NCBI GenBank assembly: GCA_013265495.1
Contig: MU063176.1
Span: 2,848,344 to 2,912,343 of the forward strand
Length of the DNA: 64,000 nucleotides
Direction of reading: 5' to 3'
Source: Vicugna vicugna
Lineage: Eukaryota
Made by a program: the position numbers and the translations under genes. Below the pieces are notes generated by a model. The model saw nothing but the letters and a program-made list of their open reading frames with translations, made no database searches and had not been told where the DNA came from. Shown here piece after piece: positions 50,090-61,554 of the stretch (its first letter is position 1; each line of letters begins with the position of its first letter).

Positions 50090-51720
50090 ATTCATTAGAA
50101 GGTATTCACGGAGCAGCACTCGTGCACAGACACTGGAGACACAGCAGCATGCACGAGCCAGCCCAGGCCCTGCCCTCGCAGAGCTCATGGTCTGATGAAA
50201 GAGTGAATTGCAAGCAATAATTACACCAATAAATGTAAAATCACTACTAAGATGAGTGATACAAAGGGAAGGTACATGGGGCCATGAGAGGGGAGTTCAA
50301 CTGTAACGGGAGGGTCTGACCTCATCAGGGAGGGCTTCCCTGAAGAGGTGATGCTGAAGCTGAAAGATAATGAGAAGGCCTCCCAGGGAGGAGTGGACTG
50401 CATGGACAGAGCAGAGGGGACGACATGAGAGCGCCATGTTAGGCTAAATACAGTAAATGGAGGGATGCAAGATGGTGTCCCCATAGGGTCTGGCGGGCAA
50501 CTTAAGAATTTGTCTTTCTCTGAAATACAGTGGGAGTCCCTGAAGGTTTTTAAGGCAAGGGTTAATAGATTTGTTTGTCAAAAAAATCACCCTGGCTGCT
50601 GAAGATGAGCCTTCGCAAGACTGTGTGTGTGTCTTGTCTCTGCCCGGGATGCTCCTCTAGTCCCTGTATCAGTCAGGACAGGCTAGGTTATGCTGCAGTA
50701 ACAAACAACTCCTAAATCTCAGTGGTTTCAAACAACAAAGGCTTAGATATCACTTATGCTGCATGTCTATCGTGGGACAGCAAGAGGCTCCACTCAGGTA
50801 GTGACACAGGGACCCAGGACAGCAGAAGCAGCCACCACCTGACCTCTTGCAGCTGCCATGCCACAGGAAAAAAAAGCACTCAGGAGGGTCTCACACTAGC
50901 AGCTAAATGCTTTAGTCTAGAAGTGACAGGTGTCACTGTAGTTCACAACTCACTGGCCAGCCACATGGCCCCACCCAACCCAAGGGGACCTAGATTCAAT
51001 CCTACATGTGCCTGGGTGAACTGGAAATATTTAGGGGATAGCATTAAGGACCACTAGACACTCGCCCACTCCATCTTGCCCTTCCCCAACCTTAACTCAC
51101 TCATTAGATCACAACTCTCTCAGTATTCCAGAAGGAGAGACCAGCATGTGCAGGGGAGAACACGGAAGACAGAGAGATCTATGGGAGGGTGGGAGATGAG
51201 GCCAAGGAAGGGGCAGGGGCCAGATCATTCAGAGGCTTCTAGGTCATGGTAACAATTTGGTTCTTTATCCCAAAAGCACTGGAAAGACTTTTCAGTAGTT
51301 TTCAGCAGGAAATGGGGGATCTGATGTGATCGTCTTTGGAACAGATCACTCTGACTGCCATCCTGAGACTGGCGTGGACGGGAGGTGACAGGTGGACAGT
51401 TAGGAAGTGCCACTGTTGTCCTCGGGAGAAACAGTGGTGGCTTGACTAAGATGCTGGGGAAGAGAAGATGGAGAGACGTGGACCCATTCAGTGTATAGGC
51501 TAAAGTTCCCTAGACCTGGAGACGCACTGGATTAAGGTGAGGGAACGGAGACACCAAGGTTTCTGCCTTAAGGACTAATAGGTTGGTGGCAGCCTTAGCC
51601 AAGATGAAAGCCTTGAAGGAGGCTTCCCCCTTAAGGGAGGAAGATAATGGGCCAGCCTTGGACCCCGTGCATCAGTCATGAGATAGCCAAGGGAGTAGGC
51701 CAAGGAGGTGGCTGAATAAG
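50090..51720 (-). mobile_element. L2 remnant split by an MLT1K LTR
   Basis: gggagggcttccctgaagaggtgatgctgaagctga; continues after 51150 with tggaaagacttttc...agatcactctgactg. Confidence 0.7.
50664..51058 (-). mobile_element. MLT1K-like MaLR LTR
   Basis: tcagtcaggacaggctaggttatgctgcagtaacaaacaac...tagaagtgaca...cacatggccccacccaac. Confidence 0.8.
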
Positions 51721-53446
51721 CAGGAATGACTCCTGACTCCTTAGTCCAGTGACCTTTACTTCCTTCATACTTGCCAATAACTTAGAACTCGGGAAACCTT
51801 GCCCCCCTCTCCACACTCCCCACCAACTTAAGTCCAGGTGATGAAAGATTCAGATGATAGAAGTCTTCCTTGACACCAAGGAGAATAAATTTATGAAACG
51901 CATCAATCCAAAGGGTCTAGAGGACTGAATTGTTAACTCAAGTCAGTAGAGCACACAAGTGATGGCTGAACAAGGGCTCCAGGGCCAGGTGAGAGGAGTC
52001 CCTCATCTTTAAGAATGCTACTAGGGAAGGGAACTTAGATCCTGCCCCAGCTGCAACTTCAAGGCCCCCGTCAGTTTAGAACTGAATGGACCTGGGTGGG
52101 GTTTGTCGGGCAATTCTGATATTCCCAGGAGAGTGTGTTCTGCAATAATCCCCGGGAGAACAACACTTCTTAAATCGTGCATCGGGCCGGGGGCTAGGCA
52201 TGTTCTCTGTGTTAACTCATTTAATCTCACAACTGCCTGGCGAGGCAGGCCTTGTTGTCTCCATTTCAGGGACAGAGAAGCAAGGTCCAGGGAGGTCAAA
52301 GGTAACCATGCCAAGCCCGAAGTCCTATACTAGCATGAAGGGGAGGAAGGACTCCAGTGGTGAAGCCCCTTTTCACTTAACTAAAGCAACTGGCCTGGGC
52401 TCTATTCCCAGAAGGGAAGGTTTACAGACACGTGCCCACACAGCACTCTGCTTGCCTGCCTCTGAGAGCTGGTGAACGAAAATCATGCCCCTCTCCCCAT
52501 GAAAGGAGACACAGCCTGTTACTTCTGCCCCATGGACCACACACCCCAGCACTTTCCTTCCTCTCAAGGGGAAATGTGGGCAGAGGCCAGGGCATCATGC
52601 TCCACGGAAAATTCTTTTGCCCCAGCGCAGACAAACCCCCCACTTTTAGGGTTTCCAGGCATCAAGAGCAATCTCTCATTATTGCCTCCTGTCCCCACAC
52701 AAAGAACTGGGTGTGTTTAGTTTCGACCGCTCTAAATTATACACCACAGCCCTTCTCCACATGAAGCAAACGTCTAAGAAAGAAAAGAGGTTTAACATTT
52801 TTCTCCCCGAAGTCTCAGCCCATCCCAGGGGTCTTAAGCCCCAGTCGCCCAACCCGGTACAAGACAGAAGCAACTTTTCAACCTGCACCGCTCAGCGCTC
52901 AAGACATTTGTATTCTCCTTGCAGTCACTTGCCTAGGGCGTGCTGGTCTTGACCGGAGAAAGGTCATTGGCCGCTAAGTTCCTGCAGAGGAGAGTACCTT
53001 GGGGATTGCGAGTTGGGGGATGGAGGCGACACTCCAGAGAGATTTCCCGGAGTCTACACCGCAACTAAGATGGAAAACGTATTAAGAAACGGTCTCCGGC
53101 GCAGCCACGTTTAGCGGGAAATCGTGCGCCGCCTTGGAAGAGTCCCCACTGCACCCCGCGGGACCCGAGCCCCCCACCTCACCCCGCTAGGCGCCGAGCC
53201 CAAAGTGCCCCCGAGAACTAGGCCAGCAGCGGCAGCGAGCCCTCCAGCATTTGGCGCCCCGCCCCGCCAGTGTCACCGCGTTCTCATTCCGAACGCTCGG
53301 CCCGGGCCGCCGCTCCCATTGGTCGGCGTCCACGTCAGTCAGCGGGCGGTACGTCCGCGCAGAGAAAAGGCTACATTGTAACAAGGCGAGCGAGCGAGCA
53401 GCAAGCGGGGAGGAAGGAGGCGGAGGGGCGGCCCCCGAATCCCGCA

Positions 53447-53466
53447 GCGGCGGCGGCGGCGGCGGC
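53447..53466. repeat. (CGG)6 trinucleotide repeat
   Basis: gcggcggcggcggcggcggc. Confidence 0.95.
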
Positions 53467-53472
53467 AGCTAC

Positions 53473-53635
53473 CTGCCGAGGGTTAACCCACCTCGGGGCC
53501 GGGGCGAGCCGCCCCACTGGCCCGCGCCCGAGACGCCCCGATTCCCTGCTCCGCCCGCGATGGTCCCTCGGCTGCCCGCCACCCCTACAGCCGCTCGCAG
53601 CCCTGCACCGGCGGCCCCCGCGCGCGCTGGCAAAC
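53473..53635 (-). other. PRDM11: Candidate non-coding PRDM11 exon 1 (visible 3' part; 5' end may lie in the N run)
   Basis: Minus-strand donor CAG|GTAGCT at 53473/53472. No ATG on the minus strand in 53473-53635; lies inside the CpG island. Confidence 0.45.
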
Positions 53636-54063
53636 NNNNNNNNNNNNNNNNNNNNNNNNNNNNNNNNNNNNNNNNNNNNNNNNNNNNNNNNNNNNNNNNN
53701 NNNNNNNNNNNNNNNNNNNNNNNNNNNNNNNNNNNNNNNNNNNNNNNNNNNNNNNNNNNNNNNNNNNNNNNNNNNNNNNNNNNCGGCNNNNNNNNNNNNN
53801 NNNNNNNNNNNNNNNNNNNNNNNNNNNNNNNNNNNNNNNNNNNNNNNNNNNNNNNNNNNNNNNNNNNNNNNNNNNNNNNNNNNNNNNNNNNNNNNNNNNN
53901 NNNNNNNNNNNNNNNNNNNNNNNNNNNNNNNNNNNNNNNNNNNNNNNNNNNNNNNNNNNNNNNNNNNNNNNNNNNNNNNNNNNNNNNNNNNNNNNNNNNN
54001 NNNNNNNNNNNNNNNNNNNNNNNNNNNNNNNNNNNNNNNNNNNNNNNNNNNNNNNNNNNNNNN
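53636..54063. other. N-masked or unresolved sequence (two runs separated by 4 called bases, cggc, at 53784-53787)
   Basis: Read directly. Other N runs: 6146-6348, 6793-6846, 7979-8161, 10849-10980, 21676-21839, 22713-22906, 23957-24101, 58931-59061. Confidence 0.99.
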
Positions 54064-55509
54064 CCGCGCCCTGCCCGGAGAGGGGAACCTGGCTCCTCGA
54101 ACCCAAAAGGAAAGGGCGACTTTTATAATCCAACCCGCGGAGAAATCGAGAAAAAAAATAATAAATGAAAAGAGAAAAGGTTAAAAGAACTTTCGAACTG
54201 GGACACTTCTTTTTTTGATCGGAATTAAAAGTTCTAGAATTTTAGAAAGTCACTCCTTGGTGGGGGCTCCCTGACTCCCCCGGTCCCACTGCTGTCCGTT
54301 TTGAAACAGATCGTCAGGGGAATAAATGCGTTTACATTTTTAACCCTTTCTTGGCTCTGCCGTCCCGCAGCAGGCCCCCTCCTGGTCCCGTTTAACCCTT
54401 TGAATGCCCAGCTGTTTGGAGATACAAACTAAAGTTGCAAAATAGAGGCATCCCGCTGAAAGCCGAGGGCAAGGGGCTTGGGGGGGTTCCTTTAAATGTT
54501 AACTATTTACGTGGGACTGCGGTTTTAAAGTCGCCAACCACACGTGTCCTTCAAATCGAAATTTGTTACAGGGAATGAGATTCTGAGACCCGGACGGGCT
54601 GGTCCCTGACTGCCTTGGAAAAGAGGTTTAAGGCACTCTCTGTTCCTCAGTTTCGCCATCTGTGAAATGGGATTCGACAGTGCAGCGTAACTAAGTAATG
54701 AGGAAAAGATGGGGCAGAATTCTCATAAAGACAAAGTGCTTAAAAGCTTGAAAGGCTTCCTTCCGCGCCTAGAAAACGGACGGATTGTGATGGAGAAGGG
54801 AACACCGCGGGATGGCGTAACCAAGACAACCATTCCCAAAATAACCGTTTTCTTCTGGCGTTGTCTGCAAGGCGTGTGGCTGAACTGGGAGATCTCTCCT
54901 GTCATGGAAAGCTCTGCTGCGCTGGCTCGAAAACGGGAGCCTTAACCTCTAGTGAGAAGTTGCCGGGAGGGATTTGATTCCAGAACCGCACCTGGGTGGG
55001 GCGCTGTCCAGTGAGGGGTGGCAAGCCCCCAAAACGTCCATAGAAACCCTGAATGCTGACACAGGCGGCCTCCAGTGGATACCACCCTGGGGAGACTTCC
55101 TTCTACGGAATGGAGTTCCCTGTCAATTTCACTGCTGCCTTGGGGGAGCCTGGGTCCCAGATGGCGGTCATGGTCAGGACTCAGGACTTTTCCAGCTCTT
55201 GGAGTCTGAATGTTGGGGGTTGGAGGGAGAAGCACTGTGTGTACCGTATCATTTGTTTTACTTGTTTTGGCATCACAAACACAGCTTCTTGGAATCACAC
55301 GTCTTGTTACTTGCTGTGTGATCTTAAGTAAATGGCTTCCCTTCTCTGAGCCTCAGTTTCCTTATCTGCAGAGTGGGGCACATTAATAACTCACGTTGCT
55401 GGTTCTGTGTGAGAAAGCATGAGAATATTTAAGAGCCCAGCACCAGACTGTTCACAGTAGATGCTCAAGTAACAGTAATTAATGCCATAATTATATAACT
55501 TTCGATACA

Positions 55510-56030
55510 ACTGTAAAAGTTTCCCGAGGGTCTAACTGCTACATGCCAGGCAGAGTATTGGGTCCTGGGGAGTACCAAGATTAGACATGGTCCTTCCATG
55601 AGGTCTTGGTCTGGCCAGGAGATGGAAGCACTCACGGCTATCTCAAATGAGTTGAGTAGTCAGTGCACACCGAGCTGTGCTAAGCTTCATGCTGGAGGTC
55701 AGGTGCTTGGGCAGGGAGGGGAAACTGAAGAGGACTCTGAAGAGGAGCCACTTATTCCTTTGGAGGAGTAGGATTCACCACGGAAATGATGTCAGAGGTG
55801 GGCCCTGAGAGGAGTTTGGAATTTCCACCAGTGGTAGGATGGCATTCCAGAAAGGCGAACAGTGCTAGCAAAGACCTGGAGGTCTCAAAATGCCCAGGGT
55901 GTGTGACATATGGCCAGCTGTGACTGGAGAGGAGAGTAGGTGGGGCAGAGAAACTGGAGATGAGGCTAGAAAGACAAATGGATAAAGAGAGAACGTGGTC
56001 ACAGCCTCCAAAAAGCAAAAAGATCTTTAA
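55510..56030 (-). mobile_element. L2 fragment (MIR at ~55290-55480 precedes it)
   Basis: ctactacatgccagg-like segment, gaggtgggccctgagagg, ggatggcattccagaaagg. Confidence 0.6.
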
Positions 56031-57974
56031 GAAAATGAGCTGGTAAGTGAGGCAAGGAGAGAATTTTTCCGTGTGGTGCTGGTTTTCTATTTAAATTTCC
56101 CCATGCATTTGGCCCAATCTGGCCTCTCTCTGCCAGGAACAATTGGTCTTCAGTCTGTAACCCTGTAGCGGGGCTGGGTGCTCAGGCATTGCAGGCCAGG
56201 AGGCTTCAAGCAACCCAGTTGGGGAGCGCAGAGACGCTGCGTGGTTCAGAGACCTAGGTGTGAGGTCCGGCCTGCTGCATCATGCTGTGGAAACTGTGGC
56301 ACATGACTCCTCCTGCCTAGGCTTCAGCTTCTTCCTGTGTGACACAAAGAATTTGGACCAGGGCTCCCACATTCTGCCCTCAAGAAGCTGCCCTATAGCC
56401 ACGTAATCAAGACCAAGGCACAGGAAGGAATCTGGAACACAGCTCGCCAAGTTGCTGGAACTATCTCAGAAGGGAGCCCAAGGCAGCCCAAGGGCTGGCA
56501 CAGGTGCTCTGGGTCAGTGAGCAGAAAGTGGCCCCAGGGCCCGAAAGTAATCACCACAGACAAGTGGTCTGGACAAGGCAGGTCTTGTGAGGCTGTGCCT
56601 CAGCTTCCCTCTGTGGGTTGAGGTGGGAGCTCCATTCAAATCCCATGAGAACTAGTTGGGGTTGGGGCGGCAAAGGGGATTGAAGTGAACAAAGTACAGG
56701 ACACACATTTTCAGGGACCTTACCATTTGACTCTCTCAATAATAAAAGCAGACATCATCATTACTGTTTTTACAAACAGGGAAACCATGCTCAGTGAGGT
56801 TAAGAAACTTACTCGAGGCCACACAGCTAGTTAGAGATAGGATGAGATTCATACCCAGGTCTGCCTGACTCCACAGCTCAGTATCTTCCACTCTTGGACA
56901 ATTCTTGTTTATCATCTTTCTCCACAATGCAACTTTTCAGCCTAAGAGTTGGTAAAATATTTCCCTGGTTTCTCCCTTACACGGTGATAGCTGACAGGAA
57001 CTTTGTGATGGAAGGTCAGGGACTTTATGACCTCCCCCTACCAAAAATGTACTAACAATCCCAGTCCCCTTCAGGTCCCTGTGAGGATACTGAGATGCTT
57101 TCAGTGAATGAAGTTCAGCTCTTTGGAAGGAAAAGCCAATCTGAGGCCTTTCTCACCTACTGATAATAATGATACCCAAGCAAAGCAAATAGGACAATGA
57201 GCTGCAAGTTAAGTGCCCCCGAATCACTGGAGATTCACTTCCCACATTTGCTGTAAAACAAGGACAAGTGTTTATTGCATCAATAATGACCCTTCTGAAA
57301 GCGTTGAGGGATAAATTTCGTTCAGGATTTAGTGCCTGAAAAAAACAAACTAAAAACCAACTGCATTTCCCCTGAGGAACTGGCAAGCATCTCCCTTGCT
57401 AATAAGAAGAGCTCCGTAACTGATCAGGTTTCCCTTTTTACACATGCTGCCAGGAAGCTCAGAGCCAAATTCCACTCCTAGTCCCAACAACTTTGGCAGT
57501 TGCTTCCGCCTCATTCCTCCCTTTCCCACTTGTAATCCTACTGAGTCAGCTTTGTTTTCTCTGCCTTTTATTAGAAATGCCCCCCCCCTTTAATGGCCAG
57601 AAATAAATATTTCAAATAAATCCACATTTGGAAGAGTTGATGAAGGGACCTGGATTCCGTGGGGCTTGTGTTAAGCCAGGCACAGTTCTGTTCTGGTCTT
57701 GTCTTGTCCAATCGCCCAACAGCTGAGGGATTCCTCTCTTGGAAGGAAGGAGGGCCTGGCTTAAGACCAAGGGATTCCTCGCCCAGCTGCCGACAACGGC
57801 TAAGATCAGATGCCCTGGTTCAGATCATCATGGCTATTTTTTGGTTCTACTGACAAACAGTTTGCCTCCCTCCTGCCAGCTCCCCAGGAAGCACAAACCA
57901 CTTTCCTCTACCCATACCCCCTGCCAAATATCCCCCATGAGCCCCGCCTGTTGAAACTGGGCAGGAACAGGCTC

Positions 57975-58470
57975 CTCTTTTCTCAGAAGCCTCTGCCACT
58001 TACCAGCTGTTTACTTACCACGTGCTCAGCAAGGGGAGGTGATTAGGGTGGAGGTCGGGGTTAGTAGGGTGGGCATGAAAGAGCAAGTTTAAAACTTTAG
58101 GACAGGGAAGGCCTCTTGAAGGAGGTGGCATTTCAGTGGGAGTCTTGATAGAGGTGAAGGAGCCCGTCCCACCCAGAGTTGAGTAGAGGACTTCCTCAGC
58201 AGGGGACACAGCCCGTGCAAAGGCCCCGAAGCGGGAGCTAGCCAGGCTTGCTGTATGGAGTGGCCTAAGGCCAGCGTGCAGAGTATGGTGTGGAAGGGGA
58301 GAGAGGGAAGGCGAGGAGAAGGAGGAGAGAGTGGACCTGGGCCGTGCTTTTCCATTGTTGGGATTTATTTGAACATCAGTGGAAGCCATTGATGCTTTAC
58401 AACTGGGGAGAGGCAGGACCCGATTTATGTTTCCACACAATCACCTCGGTGGCCATAGCTACTAACGTTG
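57975..58470 (-). mobile_element. L2 fragment
   Basis: ggaaggcctcttgaaggaggtggcattt...gtgcaaaggccc...tgggaagcca-like segment. Confidence 0.7.
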
Positions 58471-58699
58471 ACCAAGTGCCAGGTGAGTGGGTAGCCATGT
58501 TCACAAACCATCTTATTTGACTATCCCCCCATTAGAGATGAGGTTGATGTGGACATGTCTATTTTTCTGGCTGTCCCGCATCTGACTTCCCTTCCAGTGA
58601 CTGGGGAAAGTCCCACCTTCCAAGTCTTGGGAAGAAGCAGGATGTGCCCACCCCCATGCCCACTAGGAGTCTGAAAGCACTAAAAGCTCCCTTTCCTAG

Positions 58700-59061
58700 T
58701 GCTATAGATTGAATGTTTGTGTCCCCTTCCCACCCAGATTCACGTGTTGAAACTTAATCCCCAATGTGATAGTATTTGGATGAGACTTTGCGGAGTGCTT
58801 AGGTCATGAAGGTGGGGCCCTCGTGAATGAGATTAGTGCCCTTACAAAAGAGACTCCAGAGAGCTCCCTCGACCCTTCCACCATAAGAGGACACAGAGAG
58901 AAGACAGTTGTCTGTGAACCAGGAAGAAAGNNNNNNNNNNNNNNNNNNNNNNNNNNNNNNNNNNNNNNNNNNNNNNNNNNNNNNNNNNNNNNNNNNNNNN
59001 NNNNNNNNNNNNNNNNNNNNNNNNNNNNNNNNNNNNNNNNNNNNNNNNNNNNNNNNNNNNN
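58700..59061 (+). mobile_element. MLT1A-like MaLR LTR, apparently inserted into an older ERVL LTR (~58550-59200)
   Basis: tgctatagattgaatgtttgtgtccc...ttaggtcatgaaggtggggccctc...attagtgcccttacaaaagagac; the 3' part is N. Confidence 0.8.
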
Positions 59062-59417
59062 CACAGACACATGATGGAGACTCAGCCAATTAGATGCATT
59101 CCCTCACCTTTGAATTGGGAGCTAGTGACACTTCAAGACATGGACCATGGACAGTCCTTTCTGGTGAGAGTGAGCGTGCAGTACAGTCAGTTATCAGGGG
59201 CAAGAATGCCAGTAGATGTATGCAGCAGAGCTGCGGGGCTGGTGGGGCAAACTATGATGCCTGCTGGTCAGTAATGGGCCTCAATACACTTGGTTCTGTG
59301 GCATGCATGATCTTGGCAGTGGCTTTGCCTCTGTCTACCCCACACTTGGTTCTCCAACCTTCCAGATGGTCATGAGCTACCTGATCTTTCAGTATGTTCC
59401 TCTTCTGCTTAAAACAA

Positions 59418-60022
59418 TGTACTAGTTATCAATTGCTGCATAACAAATGACCCCAAAAACCTAGCAGCTAAAGACAACAAACATCTCTTATCTCACAGTT
59501 TCTGAGAATCAGGAATCCTGGGAGAAACTGAGCTGGGTGGTTCTGACTCAGAAGTTCTCAGGAGGTTACAGCCAAGTTATCAGCTGGGGCTACAATCATC
59601 TGAAGACTTGCCTGGGGCTGGAGAATCCACTTCCAGAATCTCTCATGTGAAGGATAACCAACCATCCAAGTTTCCCTGGGCCTGAGAGGGGATTCCCAGG
59701 AGAGGGGGCTTTCAGCTTTAAAACCAGGTGGGTTCCAGGCAAACCAGGGTGTGTTGGTTGCCGTGTTCCTGTGGTTGTTGAAAAGAGCCCTTAAATCCTT
59801 GATGTAGGCCTTTCAGTAGGACTGCTCTCAGTCTACCATCTAGTGAATGATCAGTGTGGGGGTATGGTGGGGAGAGAGAGGGGAAGAAGAAAGCTGTAGT
59901 CTTTTATAACCTAATCTCAGAAACACATACCATCCCTTCTGCTGTAGTTTAATTGGCAACACAGACCAACCTTGGTACCAGGAGGAAGGATTATTTGGGT
60001 CATCTTGGAAGCTGATAACCAA
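59418..60022 (-). mobile_element. MLT1F-like MaLR LTR interrupted by MER81
   Basis: tgtactagttatcaattgctgcataacaaat...tctgactcagaagttctca...gggtcatcttggaagctg. Confidence 0.75.
59650..59765. mobile_element. MER81 hAT-Blackjack MITE
   Basis: ggataaccaaccatcc...ctttcagctttaaaacc...ggcaaaccagggtgtgttggttg; long imperfect TIRs. Confidence 0.75.
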
Positions 60023-61554
60023 AATCACTAAAGTAATTTCTGTTGCTTGCAACATTAAGACCTAAGAAATCATTTATCTTGTAGACAATCACACAACTGT
60101 TCTCCAGAACTCTTAACCATATATATAGCCAGAAGACTACATATGACACCCCCCAGCTCTCAGATGAGTGCCAACTGTACAGCTTGCCTTGTAAACCACC
60201 CTTGGTCATAGACAGGGCCCTAGTGGACTGGTAAAATCAGAGAGGTTGGAACCATCAGTTTGAGTGCTGGTTGTGGAGTATTGCTTCCAAACTTGAGAGT
60301 CTGGGCAACTCCCTCCATTTCGGGGACCTCGGTGGTGGAACTGATGGCTTCTACAGATCCTCTTTCTAAGTCTCAGACTCCTTATCTGTAAATTGGGTTG
60401 GGAATGTTGGATCCAATCATCATTCAAAAGATGAAATGTGTGTGGTGCTTTTCTTCCTGTCCATTAGGGATTGGAAAGGAGGGAGAGATGAAGGTTGAGG
60501 CATTATAGAGGCTATTTTCCTAGTCCCAGGAAACTCTGGGATGAGACTCCTAAAAGCCGCACATTCCTAAACCTACAGGACCCCATGCAGGTAGGGGAGA
60601 AGTTTCAGGACTGCAGGGTAAAAGCGCATTAAAACACATTTCAGCACCAGGAAAAAAGGATTGCCTAAGAAGCGAAGCCGCTCACCCCCCACCCCTTGAC
60701 ACAAAAGGTGCTGCCAGTGCAAATGGTGAGCTTTCTTAGTGGAGGTATATAAGCCAGGGTGGGGGGCTCTTCTGTCGATAATTTACACCTAGGTCAGATG
60801 TTAGGTTTGGCGAGCTCCAAAGTCCCCATCATAGGTGTGTATTCTTGACTCTAGGAATAGTGGGGCCACATTGCTAGGTCATGGGCACTGTTGTGAAGAC
60901 AGAACTCTGGGCCAGGAGTCAAGAGATGTGGGTTCTAGTGCTCATCCCTGCTCTTTGGCCTCTGGGGGACTACGGTCAGGTCCTCCATCTGCTCAGAGCT
61001 TTAAGTCTCGCACTCTGTAAAACGAGGGACCAGTTTCCACATGCCACCGCTGTTGGAAGACTTTTCGTTGATCCTCAAGAAAGAAAACCATAAAGCAAGG
61101 GACATTGTTTTCATAAAGCTAAATCCATTCAACTTGAAGGACGATCTTTCATTCTGAGTGTTGATATGTTCCCTATTATTTTGGAATTTAAATGTTCGTT
61201 CTTTTATGACTGGGTGGTAACAGCATCTATACAAGATGGAGTTAGTTTTATGGGCTTTTTCCCTTATTGGGCAAAATAAAAAGTTGAGAAACGTATAGTA
61301 AGTAGTTCCCTCAATTATTTTGGAATGGATATTAGTATATGAAATTAGGAAAGATAGGAATCATTCCAAACAACCTCCAACATTGTTTCCCCCTCTTTCC
61401 CTTCCTTCTTTCATCAAGTCACTCATCTGTCCATTCAATCCAAAAACATTTACTGAAGCACCCCCACATACCAGAGGAAGCCACTTCCCACACAGAGTTC
61501 CAGGGCCCCGAGGAAGACCAACACAGAGACATGTAAACAAATGGACATTTAGGT

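Larger units (their letters stand above)
52990..54150. promoter_or_regulatory. CpG island, probable main PRDM11 promoter and non-coding first exon region
   Basis: CpG-dense. E2F-type TTTGGCGC 53250-53257, GC boxes 53257-53268, CCAAT (minus) 53318-53322, TGACGTGG (minus) 53330-53337, (CGG)6. Lies ~32 kb upstream of the ATG exon, consistent with my recollection of a long PRDM11 intron 1 in human. Confidence 0.75.

Noticed and set aside
53251-54184. ~305-aa plus-strand ORFs
   Set aside because: More than 40% N, GC-island composition, no homology recognised.
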